DNA of 64,000 nt from Bacteroidota bacterium (GTDB lineage: Bacteria; Bacteroidota; Bacteroidia; Bacteroidales; Lentimicrobiaceae): contig JAEYSM010000028.1 in the NCBI GenBank assembly GCA_023434665.1, forward strand, positions 25,142-89,141. The letters are read 5' to 3'. Below are positions 19,623 to 29,372 of this stretch, piece by piece. The notes below the pieces were generated by a model, which saw only the letters and a program-made list of their open reading frames with translations, was not told the DNA's origin and searched no databases. The translations under genes were made by a program, and so were the position numbers. Every line of letters begins with the position of its first letter. The stretch's first letter is position 1.

Positions 19623-21239
19623 ATGAAATCACTAATTAAGAACAAACTTACTCTTTTAATTTTTGCTTTTGCTGCTTTCATAACTCCAACAACAGCAATA
19701 TCTCAGATTGAGGGTAGTGGTAAAGTAGAAAAGCAAGACCGCTCTTTGCCGGAATTCAATAGAATTGAAGTTGGTAGTGCCTTCACTGTTTTTTTAACAA
19801 AGGGAGAACCCTCTTCCGTAATTGTCGAAACGGATGATAATCTTAAGGAAGAAATTCAAACCTTAGTTAGTAATGGAACATTGAGGATCAACTCAGGTGC
19901 TATTAAAAATCCCACCTCATTAAAAGCTTATGTTACCGCTCCTAATATTACCGAAATTGAGCTTACAGGAGCAGCAAGACTTCAATCCAGCAATGTTCTT
20001 TCTTACCCCGTCCTTAAACTAAATGCAAGTGGTGCTTCACGTGCAAACGTTGAATTAAATACTCAGGAACTGAATACTGCTGCCACAGGAGCTTCAAGAA
20101 TAACCCTCAGAGGCTCAGCAAATAATCATACTTCAGAAGTGGCAGGAGCTTCATCTGTAAATGCAATGATGCTGAATACAATTACTACTTCTACTTATGT
20201 TTCCGGAGCTTCAAAAATTTCAGTATTCGCTAAAAATAAACTTACTGCTGATGTGAAAGACGCCGCCGTTGTTTCATATTTCGATAACCCAGACATCAAA
20301 AAGCTTAGACAATCAGGCCGTATCGAGATTACACTGGATAATCCAGATGATGTAATGCCACAACAATCTGCCGAAGATATGGCTGGTGGGGATATTCAAA
20401 TCAGAGTCCTTGAAGATGGTGATTCAACCATCGTTAAAATGGGTGACTTTGACGTAAGTGTTTTTGATGATGGAGATTCAACCTTTGTCAGATTGGGAGA
20501 ATTAAATGTTCATGTAAGTGACTCGGAAGACAAAACCCATATAGCTGTAGGAAAACATGACCTTGAAATAGATGAAGACGGTAATGTAAAGTTTAAAAAG
20601 GGTAAAAAGGAAAAATATGATGGACACTGGGGTGGATTTGATCTAGGTGTAAATGGATTTCTGGATGAAAATTTTGAGATCAATACCCCCGATGGTTATG
20701 AGTATCTTGACCTTAAAATGGAAAAATCAATCAATGTAGGCCTTAATATCTTTGAGCAGAATTTTAATTTGATAGATGAAAATTTAGGTCTGACAACAGG
20801 TTTAGGATTGGAATGGAATAATTACAGATTCAAAAATAATGCTGTTATCTCTGATCTGGACACACTTGCAGGATATTTGGATATTATGGAAAATCCAAAA
20901 TTTACCAAGAGTAAACTTGTTACTAGTTACCTTACACTTCCCCTCGTTCTTGAATTTCAGACAAATAGCTTTTCTAAGTTAAATAGTTTCCATATAGGAG
21001 TGGGAGTTCTTTCAGGTTTAAGAATTGGAACTCACACTAAATTAGTAGATGAAAATGATAAAAAAGATAAAGACCATGGTTCCACAGCTATGAATCCTTT
21101 CAAACTTGAATTAATGGCACGTGTAGGTTGGGGCAAATTGAATGTATATGGGAAATACTCGCTAACTCAACTATTTAAAGAAAACCGGGGACCTGAAGTG
21201 TATCCTTTTGCAATAGGTATCACTTTAGTAAATTGGTAA
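19623..21239 (+). CDS. Secreted GIN-domain (DUF2807, 'autotransporter adhesin head') protein fused to a C-terminal outer-membrane beta-barrel
   Basis: 538 aa. Signal peptide, repeated G(A/S)S(R/K) rungs (TGAARL, SGASRA, TGASRI, AGASSV, SGASKI), an acidic repeat linker, then a barrel-like C-terminus from HWGGFDLGVNG to ITLVNW. Confidence 0.65.
   Translation: MKSLIKNKLTLLIFAFAAFITPTTAISQIEGSGKVEKQDRSLPEFNRIEVGSAFTVFLTKGEPSSVIVETDDNLKEEIQTLVSNGTLRINSGAIKNPTSLKAYVTAPNITEIELTGAARLQSSNVLSYPVLKLNASGASRANVELNTQELNTAATGASRITLRGSANNHTSEVAGASSVNAMMLNTITTSTYVSGASKISVFAKNKLTADVKDAAVVSYFDNPDIKKLRQSGRIEITLDNPDDVMPQQSAEDMAGGDIQIRVLEDGDSTIVKMGDFDVSVFDDGDSTFVRLGELNVHVSDSEDKTHIAVGKHDLEIDEDGNVKFKKGKKEKYDGHWGGFDLGVNGFLDENFEINTPDGYEYLDLKMEKSINVGLNIFEQNFNLIDENLGLTTGLGLEWNNYRFKNNAVISDLDTLAGYLDIMENPKFTKSKLVTSYLTLPLVLEFQTNSFSKLNSFHIGVGVLSGLRIGTHTKLVDENDKKDKDHGSTAMNPFKLELMARVGWGKLNVYGKYSLTQLFKENRGPEVYPFAIGITLVNW
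20394..20582 (+). repeat. In-frame tandem ~60-bp (20-aa) repeat, 2 good copies plus 1 degenerate
   Basis: The copies read ..EDGDSTIVKMGDFDVSV / FDDGDSTFVRLGELNVHV / SDSEDKTHIAVGKHDLEI. Both good DNA copies end in GTAAGTG (20454-60 and 20514-20). Confidence 0.7.
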
Positions 21240-21262
21240 CTAATTATTTGTTAAGTTATGAG

Positions 21263-21294
21263 AATGCTGTTCTTTATTAAGGACAGCATTTTTC
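21263..21294 (+). terminator. Terminator after the GIN/beta-barrel gene
   Basis: Stem AATGCTGT/ACAGCATT followed by a T-run. Confidence 0.6.
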
Positions 21295-21360
21295 ATTGTC
21301 AAAAATTATTATTTTTACAACCTGAAAAAGAAAACCTGAAAACCTTCAATAAGAATACCT

Positions 21361-22104
21361 ATGTCGGGACATAATAAATGGTCAACAATTAAAAGAAAAA
21401 AAGGAGCCCTGGACGCAAAGCGTTCAAAGATCTTTTCAAAAATCATAAAGGAAATAACTGTAGCTGTAAAAGAAGGAGGAGCAGATCCTGATGGCAATCC
21501 AAGGCTTCGGCTTGCAATAGCAAATGCAAAAGGTGCAAGTATGCCTAAAGATAATATAGCCAGAGCTATTAATAAGGGATCGGAAAAAGATTCAGCCAAT
21601 TATCAGGAAACTTCGTATGAAGGATATGCGCCAAACGGTATAGCTATATTTGTTGAGGCAACTACTGATAATGTACAGCGTACAGTTTCGAGTGTAAGAT
21701 CTTACTTTAATAAGTTTGGAGGAAGTTTGGGCACCAATGGATCGCTTGCTTTTCTTTTTGATCGTAAAGGCGTGTTCGATATTCCCAAGGGAAATATTAA
21801 GTTAGACGACATTGAAATGGACCTCATTGATGGTGGAGCTGAAGATATTCAAATCGAAGACGATACTATTACAGTCACTACTGCTATGGAAGACTTTGGA
21901 CAGATGTTAAAGAAACTCGAAGAACTTAACATCGAGCCCGAGAATGCTGAATTACAAAGAATTCCTAAAAACACTGTGAAAGTTGATAAAGATACTGCTC
22001 AAAAAGTAATGAAGTTAATTGATCTTTTTGAAGACGATGATGATGTTACTAATGTTTTCCATAACATGGAAATTACAGATGAAATGATGGAAGAAATGAT
22101 ATAG
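21361..22104 (+). CDS. YebC/PmpR-family DNA-binding regulator
   Basis: 247 aa. The N-terminus MSGHNKWSTIKRKKGALDAKRSKIFSK is diagnostic. Confidence 0.93.
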   Translation: MSGHNKWSTIKRKKGALDAKRSKIFSKIIKEITVAVKEGGADPDGNPRLRLAIANAKGASMPKDNIARAINKGSEKDSANYQETSYEGYAPNGIAIFVEATTDNVQRTVSSVRSYFNKFGGSLGTNGSLAFLFDRKGVFDIPKGNIKLDDIEMDLIDGGAEDIQIEDDTITVTTAMEDFGQMLKKLEELNIEPENAELQRIPKNTVKVDKDTAQKVMKLIDLFEDDDDVTNVFHNMEITDEMMEEMI

Positions 22105-22122
22105 AAAAACATTGCTCTATAT

Positions 22123-22165
22123 AAAAAAAACAGGCTGCTTTTATCTAAACAGCCTGTTTTTTTAT
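22123..22165. terminator. Bidirectional terminator between yebC-like and ackA
   Basis: A8-ACAGGCTG..CAGCCTGT-T7. The stem is flanked by an A-run and a T-run. Confidence 0.8.
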
Positions 22166-22179
22166 GTATCAAAATTCTG

Positions 22180-23394
22180 TTACGCTTTTGATTTCATACT
22201 TTCAACGATTTCAAAAGTATCAAGTGCAATAACAAGCTCTTCATTTGTCGGTACAACCATAATAGTAACCTTAGAGTCGTCGGCTGAAATGACAGCTTCT
22301 TTTCCTCTTAAGCCCTTGTTTTTCGACTCATCGAATTTAACACCCATAAATTCAAGTCCCATAGTTGTGATCATTCGGGTAGCTGAATCGTTCTCCCCTA
22401 CTCCTCCGGTAAAAATAATTATGTCAACTCCGCCCATTGCAGCAGCATATGAGCCAATGTATTTCTTAATTCGATAATAGTACATTTCAAGTGTAACCTG
22501 CGCCCTTCGGTTGCCTTCTTCAGCAGCTTTTTCAACATCACGCATATCACTTGAAACTCCTGAAACTCCAAGCATACCTGAATGCTTATTCACCAGCGTG
22601 TTAGCAACTGAGAGGTCAATTTCCTCTTTATTGATAATTTGTAAAAATGCACCAATATCAAGATCACCGGTACGAGTTCCCATGATTAAGCCTTCAATTG
22701 GAGTCATACCCATGGAAGTATCCAAAGATTTACCATTTAGGATAGCAGCTATTGAAGCACCATTACCTAAATGGCAGGTAATGATTTTCATCTTGTTTAT
22801 ATCCTTACCGAGGATCTCACACGCCCGTTTTGATACATACCTATGACTGGAACCGTGAAAACCGTACCTTCTTATCTTATACTTTTCGTATAAAGAGTAA
22901 GGGATCCCATATAAGTAACTATAATCGGGCATTGTTTGATGAAAAGCGGTATCAAAAACTCCAACCTGCGGAACATTGGGTAATAGATTGGTTATTGAAT
23001 AAATACCTTTTAAGTTTGGCGGATTGTGCAGAGGAGCAAGATCAATACATTCTTCCAATGCGGCAATAACTTCCTTGGTTATGTAAACACTACCATTAAA
23101 TTTTTCACCGGCATGAACCACCCTGTGCCCTACTGCATCAATCTCATTCAAGTCTTTAATGCTTCCATACTTTTCACTAACCAATACACCTAACAGATAT
23201 TCAATACCTTGCTGATGATCCAGGATTTCGCCTTCAAGTTTTACCTCTTTTCCATCATTTCTCGAATGTTTTATTAAAGAGCCCTTGAGACCAATCTTGT
23301 CGACCAATCCCTTTGCAAGTACTTCCTGTGACGGCAAATCAAATAATTGATACTTTATGGATGAGCTTCCACAATTTAAAACTATGACTTTCAT
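22180..23394 (-). CDS. ackA: Acetate kinase
   Basis: 404 aa. The N-terminus VLNCGSSSIKYQLF and the HGSSH / GGVGEN motifs. Confidence 0.95.
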   Translation of the reverse strand: MKVIVLNCGSSSIKYQLFDLPSQEVLAKGLVDKIGLKGSLIKHSRNDGKEVKLEGEILDHQQGIEYLLGVLVSEKYGSIKDLNEIDAVGHRVVHAGEKFNGSVYITKEVIAALEECIDLAPLHNPPNLKGIYSITNLLPNVPQVGVFDTAFHQTMPDYSYLYGIPYSLYEKYKIRRYGFHGSSHRYVSKRACEILGKDINKMKIITCHLGNGASIAAILNGKSLDTSMGMTPIEGLIMGTRTGDLDIGAFLQIINKEEIDLSVANTLVNKHSGMLGVSGVSSDMRDVEKAAEEGNRRAQVTLEMYYYRIKKYIGSYAAAMGGVDIIIFTGGVGENDSATRMITTMGLEFMGVKFDESKNKGLRGKEAVISADDSKVTIMVVPTNEELVIALDTFEIVESMKSKA

Positions 23395-23429
23395 TTCTTT
23401 ACTTTTTAATTTTGTGAGTTGAACTTGAT

Positions 23430-24398
23430 TTAAAGCCGACCGAGATTCAGAATCTGCCCAGGCTTAGAAACTCTCTTTTCATCCTGATACAGGTAGAATC
23501 CTTCACCTACTCTGCGACCAAAAAGGTTAGCCCTAACCATTCTCTTGATTACGGGTGATGGCTTATATTTCTGCTCACCAAATTCTATGTATAAATTCTC
23601 CATCCATTTCAATAACTTATCGAGACCAATTCTATCTGCCATTTCAAATGGTCCTAACTGCAGACCTGAAGTTTCCTTCATGGTCTCATCAATATCAGCA
23701 ACTGTGGCAATCCCTTCCATCAGAATTTCGCAGGCCTCATTGATCAGAGGTACAATCATTCGTGTACTTACATTTCCCGATGACTCATTAACATTAATAA
23801 GTTTCTTTCCAATCAACAGGGCCAACTTACTAACCACTGAATAGGTTTCATCGCTGGTATAAACTGAACGGACAGCTTCAATTATTTTCACCTTTCCAAT
23901 AGGAGAAAAGAAATGCAGTCCCATCGCTCTTTCAGGATGATTCAGAACAGAAGCTATTTCTGAAATCATTAATGTTGCAGTATTTGAGGTTATTACCGTG
24001 GTTGGTGAAACAACTTCTTCAATCTTGGCAAATATTTGTTGCCTAAGCTCTAAGCTTGTACCTTTCTTTTTTGAATTAACGGTCTCAAAAACTATATCAC
24101 AATCAGCTATTGTTGAATAATCTACGGAGCCTTTTATTCTCGAAAGAATAAGTTTTTTCTCACTACCCGTTAAACCCCATCTGCTAATCCGGTCGTCCAG
24201 CATTGATTCAATTCTGATCAACACTTCTGACACGCGTTCATCACTAATATCAATAAAAGCAACCTCAATACCCGATTGACTCATAAGTATTGACAATTCC
24301 TGTCCCATGGTACCACAACCAACAATTCCTATCTTTTGGATAGTACCTTTAGATTGCATGGATTTGCCCAGGCTAAAATCTTCTAATCTTTCCGACAT
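23430..24398 (-). CDS. 3-hydroxyacyl-CoA dehydrogenase family protein (divergent)
   Basis: 322 aa. GIVGCGTMG Rossmann motif, SNT.., GLHFFSP, PLINEA. The usual PGF.VNR motif reads SGNVSTR. Confidence 0.8.
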   Translation of the reverse strand: MSERLEDFSLGKSMQSKGTIQKIGIVGCGTMGQELSILMSQSGIEVAFIDISDERVSEVLIRIESMLDDRISRWGLTGSEKKLILSRIKGSVDYSTIADCDIVFETVNSKKKGTSLELRQQIFAKIEEVVSPTTVITSNTATLMISEIASVLNHPERAMGLHFFSPIGKVKIIEAVRSVYTSDETYSVVSKLALLIGKKLINVNESSGNVSTRMIVPLINEACEILMEGIATVADIDETMKETSGLQLGPFEMADRIGLDKLLKWMENLYIEFGEQKYKPSPVIKRMVRANLFGRRVGEGFYLYQDEKRVSKPGQILNLGRL

Positions 24399-24423
24399 TT
24401 GAATTTATTTTTATGAATTTTCT

Positions 24424-25422
24424 TTATTGCGCTGATTGATTTGCTGTTATAGCAACAAGATTAACAATATCACTTATCGAACATCCTCTCGATAAATCGT
24501 TAATTGGAGCTGCCATACCCTGAAGTATCGGTCCGATTGCTTCTGCTCCTGCAAGTCGCTGAACCAGTTTGTAGGCAATATTTCCGGTTTCTAATCCCGG
24601 GAATACTAATACATTAGCCTTTCCTGCGATACTACTTCCCGGGGCTTTACTCATCCCGATTGCTTCGACTAAAGCAGCATCTGCCTGAAGTTCTCCGTCG
24701 ATATCCAACCATGGTGCTTTTTCTCTGGCAATGCGGGTAGCCTCCACCACTTTGTCTACCAATGGATGCTTAGCACTACCCTTAGTAGAGAAACTCAACA
24801 TTGCAATCCTTGGTTCTATCTTTGCTATTTTTCGTGCAGTTTGTGCCGTAGAAATTGCGATTTCTGCCAGCTCAGATGCAGTCGGGTCAGGATGTACAGC
24901 ACAATCGGCAAAAACTAATATATTATCCTGAACATAAGGATTGTTTTTTAGTAGCATTATAAAAGCACCTGAAACAACAGAAATTCCGGGGAGTGTCTTG
25001 ACGATCTGGAATGCGGGCCTTAAAACATTACCGGTTGAATTTTTAGCACCGGCAACTTCTCCATCAGCTACTCCAGCCTTAATAAGCAAAGTGGCTAAAT
25101 ACAAAGGTTCTTTGACCAGGCGAGATGCTTCTTCAAAGGTCATCCCTTTCGATTTGCGTATCTCCAATAGCAATTGGATATACTTTTCACAGTCCGGATT
25201 ATTTTCAGGATCAATGATGGTTGCAGTATCGATATTCTGCAAACCATATTCTTCGCTTTTTCTTTGAATCTCTTCCTGGTTTCCAAGGAGAATAATTCGA
25301 GCAAGTTTTTCGTTAAGGATGTAAGCTGCAGCCTTAAGTGTACGTTCTTCAGTTCCTTCAGGCAAGACAATGCACTTGTTTAGCTTGCGTGCATTTTCCC
25401 TGATAGTATCCATCAAACTCAT
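24424..25422 (-). CDS. pta: Phosphate acetyltransferase (short form)
   Basis: 332 aa. PTA_PTB fold with the LPEG.E.R..KAA start and the C-terminal DLSRG.S..DIVN. Confidence 0.93.
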   Translation of the reverse strand: MSLMDTIRENARKLNKCIVLPEGTEERTLKAAAYILNEKLARIILLGNQEEIQRKSEEYGLQNIDTATIIDPENNPDCEKYIQLLLEIRKSKGMTFEEASRLVKEPLYLATLLIKAGVADGEVAGAKNSTGNVLRPAFQIVKTLPGISVVSGAFIMLLKNNPYVQDNILVFADCAVHPDPTASELAEIAISTAQTARKIAKIEPRIAMLSFSTKGSAKHPLVDKVVEATRIAREKAPWLDIDGELQADAALVEAIGMSKAPGSSIAGKANVLVFPGLETGNIAYKLVQRLAGAEAIGPILQGMAAPINDLSRGCSISDIVNLVAITANQSAQ

Positions 25423-25459
25423 TTGAGGGTAGTTTAGTATTAATAATTAAATTGGTAGG

Positions 25460-25467
25460 CAAATTTA
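25460..25467 (-). promoter_or_regulatory. -7 box (TAAATTTG on the minus strand) for pta-hbd-like-ackA
   Basis: CAAATTTA on the plus strand, 38 nt upstream of the pta ATG. Downstream gaps are only 25 and 35 nt. Confidence 0.5.
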
Positions 25468-25515
25468 TAACTAAATAACAGGCCTACCTAAAATATTTTT
25501 AAACTATATATAACC

Positions 25516-25523
25516 TATCTTTG
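25516..25523 (+). promoter_or_regulatory. -7 box TATCTTTG for the OstA-like gene
   Basis: TAnnTTTG match 24 nt upstream of the ATG at 25548. It overlaps the TTG used as the start in the ORF track. Confidence 0.5.
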
Positions 25524-25547
25524 ACAACCCATTCGCAACTTTTAATT

Positions 25548-27053
25548 ATGCAAATGAAATTCTATTTTTTGCTTCTTTTATCGCTGTTCCTGGTTTATAA
25601 TTCTTCGGCTCAGGAGAGAAAAAAAATCAAACTGGTTCAGGCTGAAGAAGCTGTTTACGATCGTTCATTGGGTGAAAATATTCAAAGAATAATCGGTAAT
25701 GCAGTCTTTGAGCATGAAGGTGCTTTCCTATATTGTGATTCTGCTCATCTCAATAATGCAAATAACAGCGTTAAAGCATATAGCCGGGTGCACATTAATT
25801 CCGCTGATACTCTCCATCTCTATGGTGATTCAATTTATTACAACGGAGAGACGAAAGTTGCTGAAGTTTTTGATAATGTGAAGCTAATTGACAATCAAAC
25901 GGTTTTAACTACAGATAAACTTACATTTGACAGAAACTCCGGTATAGCTTTCTATCTTAATGGTGGGCATATTGTTAATGACGACAACACACTTGATAGC
26001 AGAAGAGGATATTACCATACCAATTCGAAAGATTTCTTCTTCAGGACGGATGTGGTTCTGGTAAATCCTGAATATAAAATGCACTGTGACACACTGGAGT
26101 ATAATACGCAAACCAAAATATCGAAATTCAAAGGCCCCACGACAATTGTAGGAGAAGAAACGGATATTTATGCCGAAAACGGATGGTATAATACCGATAC
26201 CGATATTTCAGAGTTTAATGAAAATGCAAGAGTACGGAATGGGGATCAGGTACTTACTGGTGATAGTCTCTATTATGAAAGAACCAATGGCTTTGGACAA
26301 GCTTTCAAGAATATACGGGTTATTGATACAGTTCAAAACATGATTGTATATGGACAATATGCAGTTTATGACAAGTCGATTGGCTATACCCTCATTACTG
26401 ATAATCCCGAAGCCCATATGATAGAGGGCAATGACACCCTATTCGTTCATTCAGACACAATGAAGGTAACATTCGACTCGGCGCAAAACACCAAAGAGAT
26501 GTATGCCTATTATAAAATGAAATTTTACAGAACAGACATGCAGGGCATGGCTGATTCGCTTATATATAGTTTTAGCGATTCATTAATGAGAATGCATAGA
26601 AATCCAGTACTTTGGACTGAAGGGAATCAACTGACAGCTGATTCCATTTATGTACTCACGGGTGATGAATCAGTCAAAAAGATGTTTCTTTATTCAGGAG
26701 CATTCATGATTGCGAAAGACACAACGGGTTATAATCAGATTAAAGGAAGAGACATGGAGGGCTTCTTTAAAGACAACGAACTTGTTTTCATTAAAGTCCT
26801 GGGAAATGCTGAAACATTATATTGGGTGAGAGAAGAAGATGGATCATTAACAGGAATAAATAAATCTTTCTCAAGCAATATGAATATCAGGATAGGTAAC
26901 AGAAAAATTCGCGACCTAACGTATCTTTCAAAACCTAATGCTACCTTGTTTCCTGAAGGAGAACTTACTCCTCCTGAATTATTACTTGATAACTTTGAAT
27001 GGTTAGAACATCTGCGTCCTTTGGACAGGTATGATATTTTTAGATGGGACTGA
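25548..27053 (+). CDS. OstA/LptD-N-terminal-like periplasmic protein
   Basis: Start moved to the ATG at 25548 (MQMKFYFLLLLSLFLVYNSSAQ signal peptide). Repetitive beta-jellyroll-like segments (..GNAVFEHEG..YCDSA.., ..LTGDSLYYE..). Confidence 0.6.
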   Translation: MQMKFYFLLLLSLFLVYNSSAQERKKIKLVQAEEAVYDRSLGENIQRIIGNAVFEHEGAFLYCDSAHLNNANNSVKAYSRVHINSADTLHLYGDSIYYNGETKVAEVFDNVKLIDNQTVLTTDKLTFDRNSGIAFYLNGGHIVNDDNTLDSRRGYYHTNSKDFFFRTDVVLVNPEYKMHCDTLEYNTQTKISKFKGPTTIVGEETDIYAENGWYNTDTDISEFNENARVRNGDQVLTGDSLYYERTNGFGQAFKNIRVIDTVQNMIVYGQYAVYDKSIGYTLITDNPEAHMIEGNDTLFVHSDTMKVTFDSAQNTKEMYAYYKMKFYRTDMQGMADSLIYSFSDSLMRMHRNPVLWTEGNQLTADSIYVLTGDESVKKMFLYSGAFMIAKDTTGYNQIKGRDMEGFFKDNELVFIKVLGNAETLYWVREEDGSLTGINKSFSSNMNIRIGNRKIRDLTYLSKPNATLFPEGELTPPELLLDNFEWLEHLRPLDRYDIFRWD

Positions 27054-27058
27054 TATAA

Positions 27059-28351
27059 TTATTTATCAAAAACTACTTTAATAGCAGTTGTATTTAACCT
27101 TTTCTTAAGCCATTCGACCACCTGATTTTTTTGATCTTTTGACAGGCCTTTATCATTTTGGGTGATATAAATAATAGTAGTCTTGGTAGCCATATTTTGG
27201 GGATCACTATATGAAAAACCCTCAGAATACGATGAAGAAAGGATTTCCGGATATAATGTATTTAGTTCGAGAAATAGTTGTTGACCAAGTACTTTCTTAT
27301 TGGCAATACTATCCTGATGACTCTTCAGACTAAAACTAAGCCTGTTTAATTCGTTTCTGATTATTTCTTCTTCAGAGGCAGATTCATCGCTAAAAGCAAA
27401 ACCCTGTTTTATATCAAGAGAGGTTGAATCGATTGAAAATTGTTTGGCGGTTTGTGAAATAAAGAGTTTCTGGTCGGGAGATATCATATTTCCGGCAAAG
27501 ACCAGTGTTACTTTTCTTCTATCGGGATTTACTTCCTGACGAAGCAAATAGCTGCCATCATAAACACTGATCGCTCTGGTAAATTTATTGACATTACTCA
27601 AGAACCTCTCTTTCTGCACGAGCTGATAACCGAAGTAAATACTTGGGATAATGGTTATAAGAATAACTACAGTAATCCAACTATTTACTCTTTTCCGCTG
27701 CTTAGGTTCAACTATTGTTCTGATTGGGAATTTAAGTAGTTGAGACATAGCAACTGCAGAAATGCCAATAAATACAGCATTTATAGTGAAAAGATAAAAA
27801 GCTCCAAAGAAGTAATTAAACTGAGCGGTTGCTAATCCATAACCTGCAGTACAAAGTGGGGGCATGAGAGCAGTGGCTATTGCCACACCGGGTATTACAT
27901 TCCCTTTTTGCTTGCTGCTAATTGCTAATATTCCGGCTAATCCACCAAATAAAGCAATTAAAACATCATATATAGTGGGGCTTGTCCGTGCTAACAGTTC
28001 GGAATGGGCTGTAGATACAGGTGTTATTGCAAAATAAGTAGTAGATGCTACCAGACTGGCGATTACAGCAAAAGAAAAATTCTTTAATGACCTTCTGAAA
28101 AGAAAAAAATCGTAAGTCGCTATACTATATCCCATTCCATTGATCGGGCCCATTAAAGGTGATATAAGCATAGCACCAATAATCACCGCAGTTGAATTCA
28201 TATTGAGTCCTACAGAGGCGACAACAATAGCAAAAACAAGAATCCATAAGTTAGTTCCCTTAAAGACGATGTCTTTTTCAATGGTTATATGGATCTTCTC
28301 ATAATCTTCAACTTCACTATCAATTTCAAGATAAGCAAGCCATTTTTTCAT
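27059..28351 (-). CDS. DUF389-family integral membrane protein
   Basis: 430 aa. GAMLISPLMGPI motif, a polytopic N-terminal half and a soluble C-terminal half. Confidence 0.65.
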   Translation of the reverse strand: MKKWLAYLEIDSEVEDYEKIHITIEKDIVFKGTNLWILVFAIVVASVGLNMNSTAVIIGAMLISPLMGPINGMGYSIATYDFFLFRRSLKNFSFAVIASLVASTTYFAITPVSTAHSELLARTSPTIYDVLIALFGGLAGILAISSKQKGNVIPGVAIATALMPPLCTAGYGLATAQFNYFFGAFYLFTINAVFIGISAVAMSQLLKFPIRTIVEPKQRKRVNSWITVVILITIIPSIYFGYQLVQKERFLSNVNKFTRAISVYDGSYLLRQEVNPDRRKVTLVFAGNMISPDQKLFISQTAKQFSIDSTSLDIKQGFAFSDESASEEEIIRNELNRLSFSLKSHQDSIANKKVLGQQLFLELNTLYPEILSSSYSEGFSYSDPQNMATKTTIIYITQNDKGLSKDQKNQVVEWLKKRLNTTAIKVVFDK

Positions 28352-28367
28352 TCAAAATATGTATAGG

Positions 28368-29360
28368 TTATTCAATAGAAGAGGGTGTTGGTTTGGGGGA
28401 TTTCCCAAACACTGAAAAATGCACATACCTCTTCGGATTTAGCCTTATATCTTCAAGTAATAAATCTAGCTGTTTAGAAGAAGATTCCAGATCACGGTAT
28501 AGTTTCTCATCATTCAGAAGCAAACCCAAAGATCCTTCACCTTTATTAATTTTGTTTGTCGCATTAGTAAGATTTGAAACAGATTTATCAAGGTTGCTCA
28601 GTGTATTTGAGATGTTTGATTTGGCAATTGTATCAGTAATATCAGCCACATTGGCAATGATTCGGGATAATTCTTCATTGTTTTCCCGTAGATTGGTGGT
28701 GATGGACTCAACGTTCCTGAATATTCCAGAGAGTCGAGTTCTTTGTGTATCAATTAGGGTATCAATTGAATAAGTTGAACTCTCAAGATTAGCAATCGTA
28801 TTACTTAAGCTTTCAACACTTCTTATTAAGTTTTCTCTGGTTTTATAATTAAAAACATCTCCAACTGCTGAAATAACAGTATCGATACTTCCCATCATAC
28901 TCGCAGCTTTTTTAAGAATAGGCTGAACCATATCGTTTACTTCTTCCTGCAGACTCATAGAGACTGCTGACTTGAGTGTGTCACCCGATTGAGCATTTAC
29001 TATACTATCTCCAAGAATAATTTCGATTCCTCTTGTACCAAGTAAATCTGAACTATAAATTCGTGCGGTGGAATTTTTGGGAATATTAATATCGTTTGTG
29101 ACAGTAAATTCAACCACTACTTTTGTTGGATCGTTTTCAAGAAACGAAAGATTTGCCACCTGACCAATATTTAGGCCACTGATTGTGACAGCATTTGCCT
29201 TCATCAAGCCGGATACATTATTATACACAACATAGAAAGTGCGCTGCTTATTAAGGAGATCTTTCCCTTTTAAATAATTGAATCCCCAGATAAATGCAAC
29301 AACAGTCAAAACAGTGATAAACCCTATCTTTAATTCACGACTGTATTCTTTTATTTTCAT
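28368..29360 (-). CDS. MlaD/MCE-domain protein
   Basis: 330 aa. N-terminal anchor, MCE domain (V.GL..G..V...G..IG.V), long C-terminal helical region. Confidence 0.8.
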   Translation of the reverse strand: MKIKEYSRELKIGFITVLTVVAFIWGFNYLKGKDLLNKQRTFYVVYNNVSGLMKANAVTISGLNIGQVANLSFLENDPTKVVVEFTVTNDINIPKNSTARIYSSDLLGTRGIEIILGDSIVNAQSGDTLKSAVSMSLQEEVNDMVQPILKKAASMMGSIDTVISAVGDVFNYKTRENLIRSVESLSNTIANLESSTYSIDTLIDTQRTRLSGIFRNVESITTNLRENNEELSRIIANVADITDTIAKSNISNTLSNLDKSVSNLTNATNKINKGEGSLGLLLNDEKLYRDLESSSKQLDLLLEDIRLNPKRYVHFSVFGKSPKPTPSSIE

Positions 29361-29372
29361 GACTTAGATTAA

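Noticed and set aside
21319-21342. Direct repeat AACCTGAAAA x2 (14-nt period) upstream of the yebC-like gene.
   Set aside because: It is short and A-rich, overlaps nothing recognisable, and could be chance. Noted only.
25521-25547. TTG start of the OstA-like ORF. Similar N-terminal extensions occur at 18395, 49730, 50449, 52034 and 55071.
   Set aside because: The TTG lies inside the TATCTTTG promoter box. In each case a downstream ATG gives a canonical signal peptide, lipobox or conserved N-terminus.
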